NCBI GenBank assembly: GCA_965248695.1
Contig: CBDFKD010000002.1
Span: 3,040,001-3,104,000 of the forward strand
Source of the DNA: Acidobacteriota bacterium
Lineage (GTDB): Bacteria; Acidobacteriota; UBA890; WLXD01
Direction: 5' to 3'
Length of the DNA stretch: 64,000 nucleotides
Shown here: one piece after another, positions 1-10,016 of the stretch
How the letters are laid out: each line of letters opens with the position of its first letter
Position numbering within the stretch: position 1 is the first letter of the stretch
The notes under the pieces: generated by a model
Databases searched by the model: none
The model's input: the letters and a program-made list of their open reading frames with translations, nothing else
Told to the model about the DNA's origin: nothing
Made by a program: the position numbers and the translations under genes

Positions 1-753
1 CTGGCGAATGGGGACCGGCACGGTCTGGATGAGCCCGGCCATCGGGTTTGCCTGCATCGCCCGCACCAGGTCGACCAGCGACTGTCCGCTCATGACGCTG
101 TCGGCATCGAGCACCACCATGAAGTCGTAGTGCGCCCCCCAGCAATGGCAGAAATCAGCGATGTTGCCGGCCTTGCGTCCGACGTTGGCTTGCCGGCGCC
201 GATAGTGCAATGAAATGGCGCTCGCCCAGTGCTTCGAGAGCTCCACCCAGGCCGCCCGTTCGTCGCGGGCGATCGCTTCGTCGGTCGTATCACTCAGGAC
301 GTGGACGGCGAAGCCTACTGCCTCCCCGGTCGCCACCAGCGAGCCGATGGTCGCCGATAGGCGGCGCATGACGCGAGCCGGATTCTCGTTGTGGATCGGC
401 ATGACGAGCGCCGTGAGGGAGACAGCGGCCTCATCGTGCGCGTCGTGCATCTGCAATGACGGCGGCGACAGCGCATCGCGGCCGGTGGCGCGCAAGACGA
501 ACCCGATGACCCCATTCCAGAAGGCGATGCAGATCCAGGTGAACGTCGCCGCGAACAGCAGGAGGATAGCGATCTCGAGCAACGTCAGGCCAGCGGTGCG
601 GACGATATCGAGCATCATGCCGGTACCGGTCAGCGCCGTCAGCCCGACGAGCGCGAAGAACAGCCAGCGGCGAGCACGAATGCGTCCAGCGCTGACGCCG
701 CTCGGGCAGCCTGGCGCGGACTCGCTATTGCGAAACGTCGGGGTACCAGACAT
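1..753 (-). CDS. opgH: Glucans biosynthesis glucosyltransferase OpgH/MdoH (GT2), runs off window start
   Basis: Not in ORF track. Manual minus-strand translation gives two TM helices then ...VMPIHNENP...VLSDTTD...HYRRRQANVGRKAGNIADF...MVVLDADSVMSG...GLIQTVP, typical MdoH motifs. Candidate ATG at 753 overlaps the opgG 3' end. Confidence 0.9.
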   Translation of the reverse strand, partial: MSGTPTFRNSESAPGCPSGVSAGRIRARRWLFFALVGLTALTGTGMMLDIVRTAGLTLLEIAILLLFAATFTWICIAFWNGVIGFVLRATGRDALSPPSLQMHDAHDEAAVSLTALVMPIHNENPARVMRRLSATIGSLVATGEAVGFAVHVLSDTTDEAIARDERAAWVELSKHWASAISLHYRRRQANVGRKAGNIADFCHCWGAHYDFMVVLDADSVMSGQSLVDLVRAMQANPMAGLIQTVPVPIRQ

Positions 754-2392
754 AGGTCCAGGTCTCGGTCAGCCTCGCACCGCCAGCCGTGAGGAACATC
801 CGCATGTCGGCCGCTCGGCTCCCATCCGGCTGCAAATCGAAGCTCGCGCGCCACCCCGTAGCGTCGGGAAGCGGTTGCACGCTCAGGTTCGAGGTCTGTC
901 CGTTCGAGATCTCCAGGACGGCCGCGACGCGCTCGCCGTCTTGGATCGCCGCCACCGTTGCACCGCCGAAATCGACCACGAAGTGCCGCTGGCGGCGTGG
1001 CGGCGGGTCGCTGTCGCCGGGCAAAGCATCCCACCCGATCCGGGTGCGCTCAACTTGCATCAACGTCTGCGTAGGCAGCCGGCGATCGAAGGTCGTAGCG
1101 CGATACCTGTAGCGGCGTGCCTGCCCGGCACGGAAGGGTTCATCCGGAGCCCAGTAGGCAACGATGTTGTCGTTGAACTCGGCGCCCGTCGGAATCTCCA
1201 CCAACTCCACACCACCGCCTCCCCAGGCGCCGTCTTCGACTTCAATCCAGAGGCTGGGTCGGCGATGATAAACAGCCTCTAGGTCGAGGTAGCTGTCGAA
1301 CCGCCGATCTCGCTGAACCAGGCCGAAGCCTTGCGGGTCGCGGTCGCGCAACGAGGTGACGCGCAGCCGGCGACGATTGCTCAGCGGACGGAGGATCCAC
1401 TCGCCGGCGCGCGTGAGCATCAGCAGGCCGTCGGAATCGTGCACCTGCGGACGATAGTCATCCCACTCGCGGGCACGATTCGGGCCATACAGGAACATGC
1501 TCGTCAGCGGAGCGACGCCGAGCTTGGCAATGTCCCGGCGGGCATGGAGACGGGCATCAACGCGCAGCACGGTGCTCTCGCCCGGCTGCAAATCGAAGCG
1601 GTAGGCGCCAGTTACGGAGGGGCTATCGAGCAAGGCGAAGAACACGAGCGTGTCGTCGCCCGGGGCTGGCTGCAGAAGCCAGAACTCACGGAAGACCGGA
1701 AACTCCTCGCTGCCGGGCGGCACCACATCAACGGCGAGGCCGCGACCCGACAGCCCGTGAGCCTGGTGACCGCCCAGCAATCGAAAGTACGACGCGCCGA
1801 GAAACACGGCCGCCTCCTGGCTCTGTCCCGAGTGCCCGAACGGATAGTGGACGCGGAAGCCAGCGTAGCCGAGCTCCGGCGAGAGCTCCGCGGCGGTAGC
1901 GGCAAGCGTCTCGGGGTAGCGAAAAAGCTCCCGATCGAGCAGCAGCTCTCTGGCCCGGCCGTCTTCGACCAGGTGAATGCGTACCCGATCTTGATAGAGC
2001 GACCCCGGGTGGAAGAGCTGCAGCTCGAACGGCGACTCGCCACGCCACAGGGCCGCCTGCGGACGAAACTCGATCGAGCGATACTGCGCGTAGTCGAGCC
2101 GCTCGAGGGCCGCCGGCACGGTGCGCTCGTACGGCGTGTACGGCAGCCGCGCTGACCTCAGCGCACGCTCGTTGACGTAGGTATGCAACGAATCGGCCGT
2201 GACCGAGGTAGGTGGCGGTACAGACGCGTCTGCAGCGCGCTGCCGATCCGCCGTCGCCAGCGCCGGGCCGTCTTCGACCGGCTTGGTGTCGCGGCCCTGC
2301 GTAGATAGTGTGGGGTCCGACCCACACGCCGCACCGATCAGCAACAGAGAGAGCACGGCGAGCGGCCACGCACACAACCGACCGAGTTGCAT
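725..2392 (-). CDS. opgG: Periplasmic glucan biosynthesis protein OpgG/OpgD family, possible lipoprotein
   Basis: LDYAQYRSI, VFLGASYFR, GLSGRGLAVD, EEFPVFREFW, GVAPLTSMF, DYRPQVHDSDGL, NDNIVAYW, ETWTYVW. Start placed at MQLGRL...LLLIGAAC (lipobox-like). Confidence 0.92.
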   Translation of the reverse strand: MQLGRLCAWPLAVLSLLLIGAACGSDPTLSTQGRDTKPVEDGPALATADRQRAADASVPPPTSVTADSLHTYVNERALRSARLPYTPYERTVPAALERLDYAQYRSIEFRPQAALWRGESPFELQLFHPGSLYQDRVRIHLVEDGRARELLLDRELFRYPETLAATAAELSPELGYAGFRVHYPFGHSGQSQEAAVFLGASYFRLLGGHQAHGLSGRGLAVDVVPPGSEEFPVFREFWLLQPAPGDDTLVFFALLDSPSVTGAYRFDLQPGESTVLRVDARLHARRDIAKLGVAPLTSMFLYGPNRAREWDDYRPQVHDSDGLLMLTRAGEWILRPLSNRRRLRVTSLRDRDPQGFGLVQRDRRFDSYLDLEAVYHRRPSLWIEVEDGAWGGGGVELVEIPTGAEFNDNIVAYWAPDEPFRAGQARRYRYRATTFDRRLPTQTLMQVERTRIGWDALPGDSDPPPRRQRHFVVDFGGATVAAIQDGERVAAVLEISNGQTSNLSVQPLPDATGWRASFDLQPDGSRAADMRMFLTAGGARLTETWTYVWYPDVSQ

Positions 2393-4016
2393 GTCCACGA
2401 TCGCGTCGACGACACGTCTCCGAGCCGTTGCTCTCCGATTCTTGCTCGCGTGGTTGCTCATCAACGCCATCTTGCTAGCCCCGCGCTGGTTGGCGACCGG
2501 CAGCCTCGGCGGCGCTTGGGTGACGGCGGAGTCAGGGCTGGTGGTCGGACTCGTCGCGTTGCTGCCCGTTCGCCATTGGAGCCAGCTGCTCGCCCGGTTC
2601 GCTGCGGTCGTTCTGGTCAGTCTGAGCATCGTCGTGCTTGCCGACACGGTGGCACGGCAAATTCTCGCACGTCCGCTGAGCCTCTACCTCGATCTGAGCT
2701 TACTGGGCGCGGTGCTCAACCTGCTACGCGGCACGCTCGGCACCTTCGTCGCGACCCTTGCCGTGCCCCTGGCGCTCATCGTAGCCGGCCTGCTCACCTG
2801 GGGCCTGGCACGTCTGCTGCAGCCAGAAGCCGTTCCGCGTGGCTCGTGGATCCTGCGCGGCGCCGGCGTCGCCATGATCACGGTGTCGGCTCTCGGCCTG
2901 CTCGACAGGCCGCCGCCAGGGATCGCCGAGAGGATGGCTCGACCGGCAGTGCTGGTCGCCGGGCAGCAAACGAGGCACCTGCAGCGAATGCTCACTGAGC
3001 GCCAGCGCTTCGAGGCCGAGATGGCAGCGGTCCAGGCGAGCTACGCGCACGTTCCGGGCTTGCTGCAACGACTCGAGGGACGCGATGTCGTGCTCGGCTT
3101 CATCGAGTCATACGGCTTGTCAGCGATCACCGATCCGCGCTACGCGGGCATCGTCGTACCCCGGCTTCAAGAGCTCGGAGCGCGGCTGCAGGCCGCAGAT
3201 CTGTATCTGGCTACCGGGGCGCTGGTGGCGCCCGTCCAGGGAGGGCAATCGTGGCTCGGGCGTGGATCGTTGCTCGGCGGCCTGTGGCTGGAGAACCAGC
3301 TGCGCTATGACCTGCTGCTGGCGGGGGGGCGCGAGACGCTGGTCGACGACTTCCGTCGCGCCGGCTACCGCACCGTGGCGCTGATGCCGGCGATCACCCA
3401 CGCCTGGCCCGAAGGCGAACGCCTCGGCTACGACGAGATCTATGCCCACAAGGACATCGACTACGCCGGTCCGGCGCTCAACTGGGTCACCATGCCGGAT
3501 CAGTTCACCTGGTCGTTCCTGCAGCGGCACATCCGCAGCGGCGACGATCCCCGGCCGCTGTTCGCCGAGCTCGGCCTGATCAGCAGTCATGCACCGTGGA
3601 CGCCGATTCTGACGGTGCTCGACGACTGGGACTCGATCGGCAACGGAGAGGTGTTCTCCAAATGGGAAGGGGTGGGCGAGCGGCCGGTCGACCTGTGGCG
3701 CGATCACGACCGGGTGCGCCAGCACTACGCCTTGTCTATCGACTATGCGCTTCAAGTCGCCACCGCGTACGCCGAGCGCTACGTCGATGAGCGCACGCTG
3801 CTACTGGTGCTCGGCGACCATCAACCCGCCCCGATGATTACCGGAGACGATGCCAGCCGCGCCTCGCCGGTCCACGTGATCGCCGCCGACCCGACGCTGC
3901 TGGAGCCCTTCGTGGCCTGGGGCTTCGTCGAGGGCGCCATTCCGGCCTCGGCTCACTCGGCACCTCGGATGGACGCGTTCCGCGACTGGTTCGTGCGCGC
4001 CTTCAGCCTGCCATGA
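2391..4016 (+). CDS. Membrane-anchored alkaline phosphatase/sulfatase-fold protein
   Basis: About 5 N-terminal TM helices followed by FIESYG, GGQSWL, ISSHAPW and LGDHQP metal-site-like motifs. Confidence 0.75.
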   Translation: MSTIASTTRLRAVALRFLLAWLLINAILLAPRWLATGSLGGAWVTAESGLVVGLVALLPVRHWSQLLARFAAVVLVSLSIVVLADTVARQILARPLSLYLDLSLLGAVLNLLRGTLGTFVATLAVPLALIVAGLLTWGLARLLQPEAVPRGSWILRGAGVAMITVSALGLLDRPPPGIAERMARPAVLVAGQQTRHLQRMLTERQRFEAEMAAVQASYAHVPGLLQRLEGRDVVLGFIESYGLSAITDPRYAGIVVPRLQELGARLQAADLYLATGALVAPVQGGQSWLGRGSLLGGLWLENQLRYDLLLAGGRETLVDDFRRAGYRTVALMPAITHAWPEGERLGYDEIYAHKDIDYAGPALNWVTMPDQFTWSFLQRHIRSGDDPRPLFAELGLISSHAPWTPILTVLDDWDSIGNGEVFSKWEGVGERPVDLWRDHDRVRQHYALSIDYALQVATAYAERYVDERTLLLVLGDHQPAPMITGDDASRASPVHVIAADPTLLEPFVAWGFVEGAIPASAHSAPRMDAFRDWFVRAFSLP

Positions 4017-4813
4017 CCGCATGGCTGGGGTTGATCCGCTCGCTGGTGGTGTACTGGCGCCCGGGCCGTCAGCGGGCGCTGCGAGCGCTGTATCGTCCCT
4101 TCGTCGAACTCGACGATCTCGTTTTTGACGTCGGCGCCCACCTGGGTGACCGATCGGTGGCGTTCGCGGCCCTGGGCGCCCGGGTCGTCGCGCTCGAGCC
4201 GCAGCCACGAGTCGCCCGCTGGCTGAGACGATTGGTCGGGCACAGCGATCGAATCACGGTGCGACAAGAGGCCGTCGGCCGCAGGACAGGGATCGGCGAC
4301 CTTGCCATAAGCCGTCGAACCCCTGCTGTTTCGACGCTGGCCCACGGCTGGAGATCGCGTCTTCCCGACGTCAACAGGAGCTTTAGAAACGTGCGCTGGG
4401 ATGAGACGGTGAGCGTCACCGTCAACACCCTGGACGCGCTGATCGCCACCTATGGGGTACCGGCCTTCTGCAAGATCGACGTCGAAGGGCATGAGGCAGA
4501 CGTGCTCGCCGGACTCAGTCAGCCGCTACCGAGCCTGTCGTTCGAGTTTGTCGCCGGCGCACTGGATGTAGCCACCGACTGCATCGGTGAGCTCCGTGGG
4601 CTCGGGCGATACGAGTTCAACGCTATCGCGGTCGAGCAGCGCCGCTACCTGTTCGACGCCTGGCGCAGCGGTGACGAGGTAGTGCAGTGGCTGGCGGCCG
4701 GTGCCGACGGATGCTCGTCCGGTGACCTGTACGCCGTTCTGGTGCATCCTTCCACCGGCGCGCTACCGAACACGGCCGACGCGTCCGAACTCGGCGACAA
4801 CGGAGCACCGTGA
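4013..4813 (+). CDS. FkbM family SAM methyltransferase
   Basis: VFDVGAHLG, VALEPQP, CKIDVEGHE. ATGA overlap with the upstream gene. Confidence 0.88.
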   Translation: MTAWLGLIRSLVVYWRPGRQRALRALYRPFVELDDLVFDVGAHLGDRSVAFAALGARVVALEPQPRVARWLRRLVGHSDRITVRQEAVGRRTGIGDLAISRRTPAVSTLAHGWRSRLPDVNRSFRNVRWDETVSVTVNTLDALIATYGVPAFCKIDVEGHEADVLAGLSQPLPSLSFEFVAGALDVATDCIGELRGLGRYEFNAIAVEQRRYLFDAWRSGDEVVQWLAAGADGCSSGDLYAVLVHPSTGALPNTADASELGDNGAP

Positions 4814-5655
4814 GCATCCCGATCGACGAACGTACAGCCTGGCACCTGGTTGGCGCGATCTCACCAGGATCGGTGCGGCCCGATGCCCCGGTGCGCGTTC
4901 AACACGAGACCCGGTCCGACGTCTGGCTCGAGGTCGACGCGTCGGGAGCCTGGCGAGCTTCGGCGCCGACGACCGACGACGCCCGCGACGTGTTCGAGCT
5001 GTACCTGCCGCTTCAGGTGCGCGATCGGTTCGTGATCGGGCAAATGGCGCAGAGTCTCGACGGTCGTATAGCGACCGTCGCCGGGAACTCCCAGTTCTTG
5101 ACCGGACCGGCCGACATTCGCAGGCTCCATCGACTGCGGGCGCTGGTCGACGCGGTTGTCATTGGCGCCAGCACGGTAGCCTCCGACGATCCGCAGCTGA
5201 CCGTTCGCGAAGCCGAGGGCGACGACCCGGTCAGGGTGGTACTCGACCCGAACGGACGCCTCGACCCGGCAAGCACGGTGTTCACCGACGGCGCAGCACC
5301 CACCATCGTGCTGCGCCAGGCAGCCAACGACCATGGACCGAGTGCTGCTGCGGGCGAAGTCATCGAGCTTCCGGTGGATGGCCCAAACGGGTTCGACACG
5401 CGCACCGTTCTGTCGCTGCTCCGAGACCGTGGGCTGAAACGGGTGCTCGTCGAGGGTGGCGGGATCACGGTGTCGCGCTTCCTGCAGGCGGGCGCGCTGG
5501 ATCGCCTACACGTAACGGTGGCGCCGGTGTTGTTGGGATCGGGCTGCCGAGGCTTCACGCTCGACCCGATCGTTGCGCTCGACGAGGCAATCCGACCGCC
5601 AGCGCGGCGCTTCAACCTGGGCGAAGACGTCGTATTCGATCTCGATCTCAGCTGA
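4810..5655 (+). CDS. RibD C-terminal-type pyrimidine reductase (no deaminase domain)
   Basis: GQMAQSLDGRIAT, DAVVIGASTVASDDPQLTVR, VLVEGGG, APVLLGSG. Confidence 0.88.
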   Translation: MSIPIDERTAWHLVGAISPGSVRPDAPVRVQHETRSDVWLEVDASGAWRASAPTTDDARDVFELYLPLQVRDRFVIGQMAQSLDGRIATVAGNSQFLTGPADIRRLHRLRALVDAVVIGASTVASDDPQLTVREAEGDDPVRVVLDPNGRLDPASTVFTDGAAPTIVLRQAANDHGPSAAAGEVIELPVDGPNGFDTRTVLSLLRDRGLKRVLVEGGGITVSRFLQAGALDRLHVTVAPVLLGSGCRGFTLDPIVALDEAIRPPARRFNLGEDVVFDLDLS

Positions 5656-6578
5656 ACCGCGCCGCCGGCCTGGTCATCAAGATCACGGCCCCCGGAAGGC
5701 TGGCCGTCAGCACCAACAGACCATAGGCGACGGAGATCGCCACGCCATCGGCCACCGGCAGACCGGCTGCTTCCCACAGCAGGGCGGCCGCCGCCTCGCG
5801 CACGCCCCAGCCGGCGATGGTAGCGGGAATCAGCATGGCCACCAGCACCGGGGCGACGAGCGGCAATAGCGTGCTCGACGGTGTTTCCACCCCGACGGCA
5901 CGCGCCATCAAGAGATAGACGGTGATGTACGAGGCGACTAGCAGGCCGGAGCTGATCAGCTGCGCCGGCAGCGCTCCCGGCGACAGGAGTCCCGCACGCG
6001 AGTCGTGCCAGACGCGTCGTGCGAGCGAATCCGTAACCCCCGATCGCGACATTGCCCCAGGCGAGCAACCCGGACACGACGACCACCAGCAACCCCATAC
6101 CCAGCAGCGGCACCGCTATCGGAGCCAGGGGCGTCGACAGCCAGATGAGCGATCCGCCGGCGACCACCAACATCACGACCTGCCCCGACGCCCGTTCCAG
6201 CATCACGGCGCGCAATGCCCGCCCGCCGAGACCCGGCGGAAGCGCGCGTCCATGGCGCCAGGCGCGGCCGAGGTCACCGCCCACTCCACCCGGGAGCACC
6301 TGGTTCAAAAAGCTGGCGATCGCGTACTCACGCAGGGCGGCGACGAAGGGCAGGCGGATGCCGAGCCGGTCGGCGGTGAATCGCCAGCGCCAGGCTGAAA
6401 GCACCACCTGGAGCAGCGAGATGGCAGCGGCGGGCACCACCCAGCGCGCCTCCAGCTTGCCGAGGCGATCGATCACCCGGTCAAAGTCGAGGTACACCGC
6501 CAGGATGACCAGCAACGCGATGCTGAGGCCGAATCGCGCCAGCAAGAGCCCGACTCGCGCCCCCGCCGCCGATTTCAC
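5648..6578 (-). CDS. Lysylphosphatidylglycerol synthase TM domain (flippase-like) protein, frameshifted near 6055
   Basis: N-half (SAWRWR, FLNQVLPGGVGGDLGRA, VMLER) is in ORF 5013..6788. C-half (IPATIAGWGVREAAAA, SVAYG) is in ORF 5648..6052. Removing one base near the C4 run at 6055-6058 joins them. GTGA overlap with the upstream gene. Confidence 0.8.
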
Positions 6579-8542
6579 GACTGACCGGCCAACTCGTCCG
6601 CCGGCAGCGCCAACAAGTCTGTGTGGCCGACGCTGAGCTCGAACGATCGGCGCTCGATCGTGATCCTGCGACGCCCGGCCCAGGCTTCGATTCGCCGCCT
6701 GCTTGCTGGTCGCTCCTGGCTCGCAGCCTGCCGCCATCCGTCTACCAGGGCGAGCGCCAGCGCTGCGTCGGCGAGGCCAAGCTGCCAAACGCTCGGCTGT
6801 AGGCAGGTACGGTACCCGGCACGGCGGAAGAGCTCCTCAGCCACCCGCCCAGCAGCCGGTCCGAGCGCCGGGCCCAGGCCCTTGTCGCTCAGTTGATGGG
6901 CGCTCACCGCCTCTCGCACGAGCTCGTCGTCCGGGTCGACATCAGCGGTAGGGGCCCCGCTGGCGGTCGAAAAGAAGTGGAACTCCCCGTCGTAGCTCAG
7001 CGCAAAATAGGCGGCGCGTTCTGCCTGCTTGCATACGTTCACCAGGCGACGTAGCCACGCTTCCGAAACCAGGTCCAGCAGGGCGGAACCGGTCACCAGA
7101 TGGGCGCTGGCGACCGCCTCCAGGCCGCGATCGGCAAGGTCTCCATGCTGGCGGCAGAGACGACAATGGGGGCCGGGGCTCACCGCTCGGCCGAGCAATC
7201 CGGCGTCATGATCGACCAGCGTCCAGGCTTGAGGCAGCGTTAGCCGTGGCGACAGGAAGCGGAAGTTGGAGCCAGTACCGCTACCCAGATCGACGATCCG
7301 CGACCATCCTCTCTGCTGCCAGGTCAGCCGCAGCCGGTCGACGAGGTCGTAGGCCCGCGAGCGATGATCGACCGGCTCGCGCAACGACAGCCAGTCGGCG
7401 GCAAAACGATCGATGACCGGCGGCCGGTGCGCCACGGCTGAGTCAAAGGCTCTCGGCGACGCTCCACCGCCGAGCGGCGTCAGCTCGAGGACCGAGGCGG
7501 CGAGCGCATGACCGCCCTGATCCCAGGTTGGCAGACGCGGCGCCACGAGGCGAGCCGCGGCGGCCATATCAGCCAGCCTCTGTGCTCCGTCCGGATCGCC
7601 GAGCACACCCTCCAGGGCGCCGGCCAGCGCCTCGGCTTCACCGGGGGCTACCAGCACGGCGGCGCCGTCCGGCATCGCTTCCGGGATCGCACCGCCCGTG
7701 GTGCTGACCACCGGGAGCCCGCGCGCTAGCGCTTCCGTTAGCACCATGCCGAAGCCCTCATAGTGCGAGGCCAGCACGAACAGCGAGGCGGAGTCGTAGT
7801 AACGGTCCAAGTGCTCCGCGTCGCACTCACCGACGAATTCGATCCTGTCGCCAAGCCCGGCCGCTGCCGCTTGATCGAGCACTGCCTGACCATGGGCGGG
7901 ATGGTCTCGTAGGCTCCCGACACACACACAGCTCCACGAAAGGTGCTGCAGTCGTTGCAACGCACCAATCAGAACGTCGTGACCCTTGCGCGGAGTCACC
8001 GAGCCAACACACAGCAGTCGAGGCGACGCCCCGGCGCTCGGACCTGTAGCCGTCTTGGCGGGGTCGGTCCCCGGGGGCACTGCCCGCACCCGGTCCTGCG
8101 CGACTCCGAGAGCCTTCAGCCGCGACGCCGTGAACTCGCTGGTGGTCACGATCCCGGCGCAGCAGCGTAGGGCGGCACGCTCTGTTTGGCGGAACCGCTC
8201 CTGATCAGCGCTCGACAGGCCGGTCTCGTCGGCCAGCGGGTGATGCACCAAGGCGAGGATCCGCAGCCGATCGCCGTGGGCGTGCACGACGTCGGGAAGG
8301 GCGCCCATCGCCAGCCCGTCGATCAGCGCCCGAACCCCTTCCGGTATCTTCGAAAGCGCCTTCGCCAGCGCCCGCCGCGCCGTTGTGTCGGCATCGGGAA
8401 AACGACCGTCGAGCTCGTGGACCGTGACCCGCCACCCCAGCCGCTGCAGCGCGGCCGCCATGCGAGCGTCGTAGATACTGCCACCGGTGTGTCGCGCCAG
8501 GGATCCCGGAACAACCAGGTGCAGCTCGAAGTCCTCAGGCAT
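6575..8542 (-). CDS. GT4 glycosyltransferase fused to class I SAM methyltransferase
   Basis: [39 protein letters not shown] (GT4), then [32 protein letters not shown] (methyltransferase), all in one frame. Start MPEDFEL. Confidence 0.87.
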   Translation of the reverse strand: MPEDFELHLVVPGSLARHTGGSIYDARMAAALQRLGWRVTVHELDGRFPDADTTARRALAKALSKIPEGVRALIDGLAMGALPDVVHAHGDRLRILALVHHPLADETGLSSADQERFRQTERAALRCCAGIVTTSEFTASRLKALGVAQDRVRAVPPGTDPAKTATGPSAGASPRLLCVGSVTPRKGHDVLIGALQRLQHLSWSCVCVGSLRDHPAHGQAVLDQAAAAGLGDRIEFVGECDAEHLDRYYDSASLFVLASHYEGFGMVLTEALARGLPVVSTTGGAIPEAMPDGAAVLVAPGEAEALAGALEGVLGDPDGAQRLADMAAAARLVAPRLPTWDQGGHALAASVLELTPLGGGASPRAFDSAVAHRPPVIDRFAADWLSLREPVDHRSRAYDLVDRLRLTWQQRGWSRIVDLGSGTGSNFRFLSPRLTLPQAWTLVDHDAGLLGRAVSPGPHCRLCRQHGDLADRGLEAVASAHLVTGSALLDLVSEAWLRRLVNVCKQAERAAYFALSYDGEFHFFSTASGAPTADVDPDDELVREAVSAHQLSDKGLGPALGPAAGRVAEELFRRAGYRTCLQPSVWQLGLADAALALALVDGWRQAASQERPASRRRIEAWAGRRRITIERRSFELSVGHTDLLALPADELAGQS

Positions 8543-8933
8543 CTCCCTCGTAGCTGGCCCAGGCGACGTGCGACTCGCTGAGGGTGACGCGAACACGAGT
8601 GATCCGGCGCGCCCCTTCACCCAACTCGCCCCGGTGCAGCGCTGCAACCAGGCGATCGAAGATCTCCCGCGCCAGGAACTCGGTGGTCGTGTTCTTGCCG
8701 TCGAACGCGGGATCCTCGTCGAGGTTGGTGTAGTTCAGCTGGCTGAGGATCGAACCCAGCTGCTGGCTGGCGAGGCCGATGTCGACTACCAGGCCGTCGG
8801 CATCGAGATCGGGTCGGCAGAAGGTGGCATCCACCACGTAGGTCGCCCCGTGCAGTGCCTGCGCCGGGCCGAAGGCCTCGCCGTCGAAGCTGTGGGCGAT
8901 CATGAAGTGGTCTCGAACGTTCAGGCTGTACAC
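8535..8933 (-). CDS. 6-pyruvoyl-tetrahydropterin synthase/QueD-like (COG0720) protein, PTPS-IV-like
   Basis: DHFMIAHSF...[28 protein letters not shown]. Lacks the catalytic CxxxHGH of QueD. Confidence 0.88.
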   Translation of the reverse strand: MYSLNVRDHFMIAHSFDGEAFGPAQALHGATYVVDATFCRPDLDADGLVVDIGLASQQLGSILSQLNYTNLDEDPAFDGKNTTTEFLAREIFDRLVAALHRGELGEGARRITRVRVTLSESHVAWASYEGDA

Positions 8934-9005
8934 AGTAAGTGTCTCCCGTCGTCGGATCCGATCCGGCTCGCTACGCCGGCGCTATCAACGACAAGCTCAA
9001 CGCTT

Positions 9006-9992
9006 TCATGGTGTGGGATAGCAGATACGGTGGCACAGTGCCGCGCCCGGATCAGCGCTCAGTCGCTCCAGCACCTGTGGCAGGTCCTCGAAGTCGTCCT
9101 CGCCGGTGATGAGCACGTCGAGCTTCGGATCAGCAAGGAGCTCGAGCGCCAGGCGCATGCGTCGTCCGTGGCTCCAGCGGGGGATGCGCTCCGGCGGAAG
9201 GCGGCCCACCTGACTGCTCTTGATGGTCAACCTGCGGGCGTGGAACGCCTCTCCCAGCGGCAGGTCGACGTCGCGACTGCCGTACCAGCTGAGGTCTACG
9301 ATCGTGCCCTCCAAGCCGGCCACCGCCAGCGCGGTCCGCAGCCCAGCGGGCCGGCCGCTAGCGTGGACAACGAGGTCGGCATCGGCGTCATCGGGGGCTT
9401 CGCCGCGAAACCTGATGCCGAGCTCCCGGGCAGCAGCCTCACGCCCGGGGTTGGTATCGATCACCGTCACTTTCGTGCCCGGAACTTGACGGCACAGAAA
9501 CCCGACCAACAGACCCAGTACGCCGGCGCCAACGACGACCACCCGGTCGCCGACACGGGGGCATGCATCCCACAACACATTGACCGCGGCTTCCATGTTC
9601 GCCGCCAGCACGGCGCGCTCGAGGGGAACGTTGTCGGGCACCAGCGTGACGTTGACGGCGGGCACGCAGTAGAGATCCTGATGCGGGAACAGGGAGAAGA
9701 CTCGTCGCCCCAGAAGCGACCCTTCTCCTTCGACCACCTCGCCAACGTTGATGTAGCCGTACTTGACTGGCGCCGGAAAATCGCCCTCTTGGAACGGGGC
9801 GCGCATCGTCTCATATTGGGACGGCGGAACCTCGCCGCGGAACACGATGGACTCGGTCCCGCGGCTGATCGCCGAGTAGCGTGTGCGTACGAGGACGTGG
9901 CCGTCGCAGACCGCCGGTATGGAGGCCTGGCGAATCTCGCCCTGTCCGGGCGCCCGTATCCAGAATTGGCGAGCAGTGTAGGTTCCTGGCAT
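9006..9992 (-). CDS. Zinc-binding alcohol dehydrogenase (MDR) family protein
   Basis: SAISRGTE, FPAPVKYGY, PHQD, VVGAGVLG, FHARRLTIKSSQVG. Start MPGTYTAR. Confidence 0.87.
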   Translation of the reverse strand: MPGTYTARQFWIRAPGQGEIRQASIPAVCDGHVLVRTRYSAISRGTESIVFRGEVPPSQYETMRAPFQEGDFPAPVKYGYINVGEVVEGEGSLLGRRVFSLFPHQDLYCVPAVNVTLVPDNVPLERAVLAANMEAAVNVLWDACPRVGDRVVVVGAGVLGLLVGFLCRQVPGTKVTVIDTNPGREAAARELGIRFRGEAPDDADADLVVHASGRPAGLRTALAVAGLEGTIVDLSWYGSRDVDLPLGEAFHARRLTIKSSQVGRLPPERIPRWSHGRRMRLALELLADPKLDVLITGEDDFEDLPQVLERLSADPGAALCHRICYPTP

Positions 9993-10016
9993 CGTTCGTG
10001 GGCAACCGTAGCAGGT

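Noticed and set aside
215-1282. 355-aa plus-strand ORF and many similar long ORFs (e.g. 1331..2155, 31145..32689, 42889..44418, 50414..51703)
   Set aside because: Antisense or alternate-frame shadows of well-supported genes, expected at high GC. No motifs.
8487-10016. Apparent 768-aa CDP-alcohol transferase with a long N-terminal extension
   Set aside because: The extension is antisense to the PTPS and dehydrogenase genes. The real gene starts near 10017.
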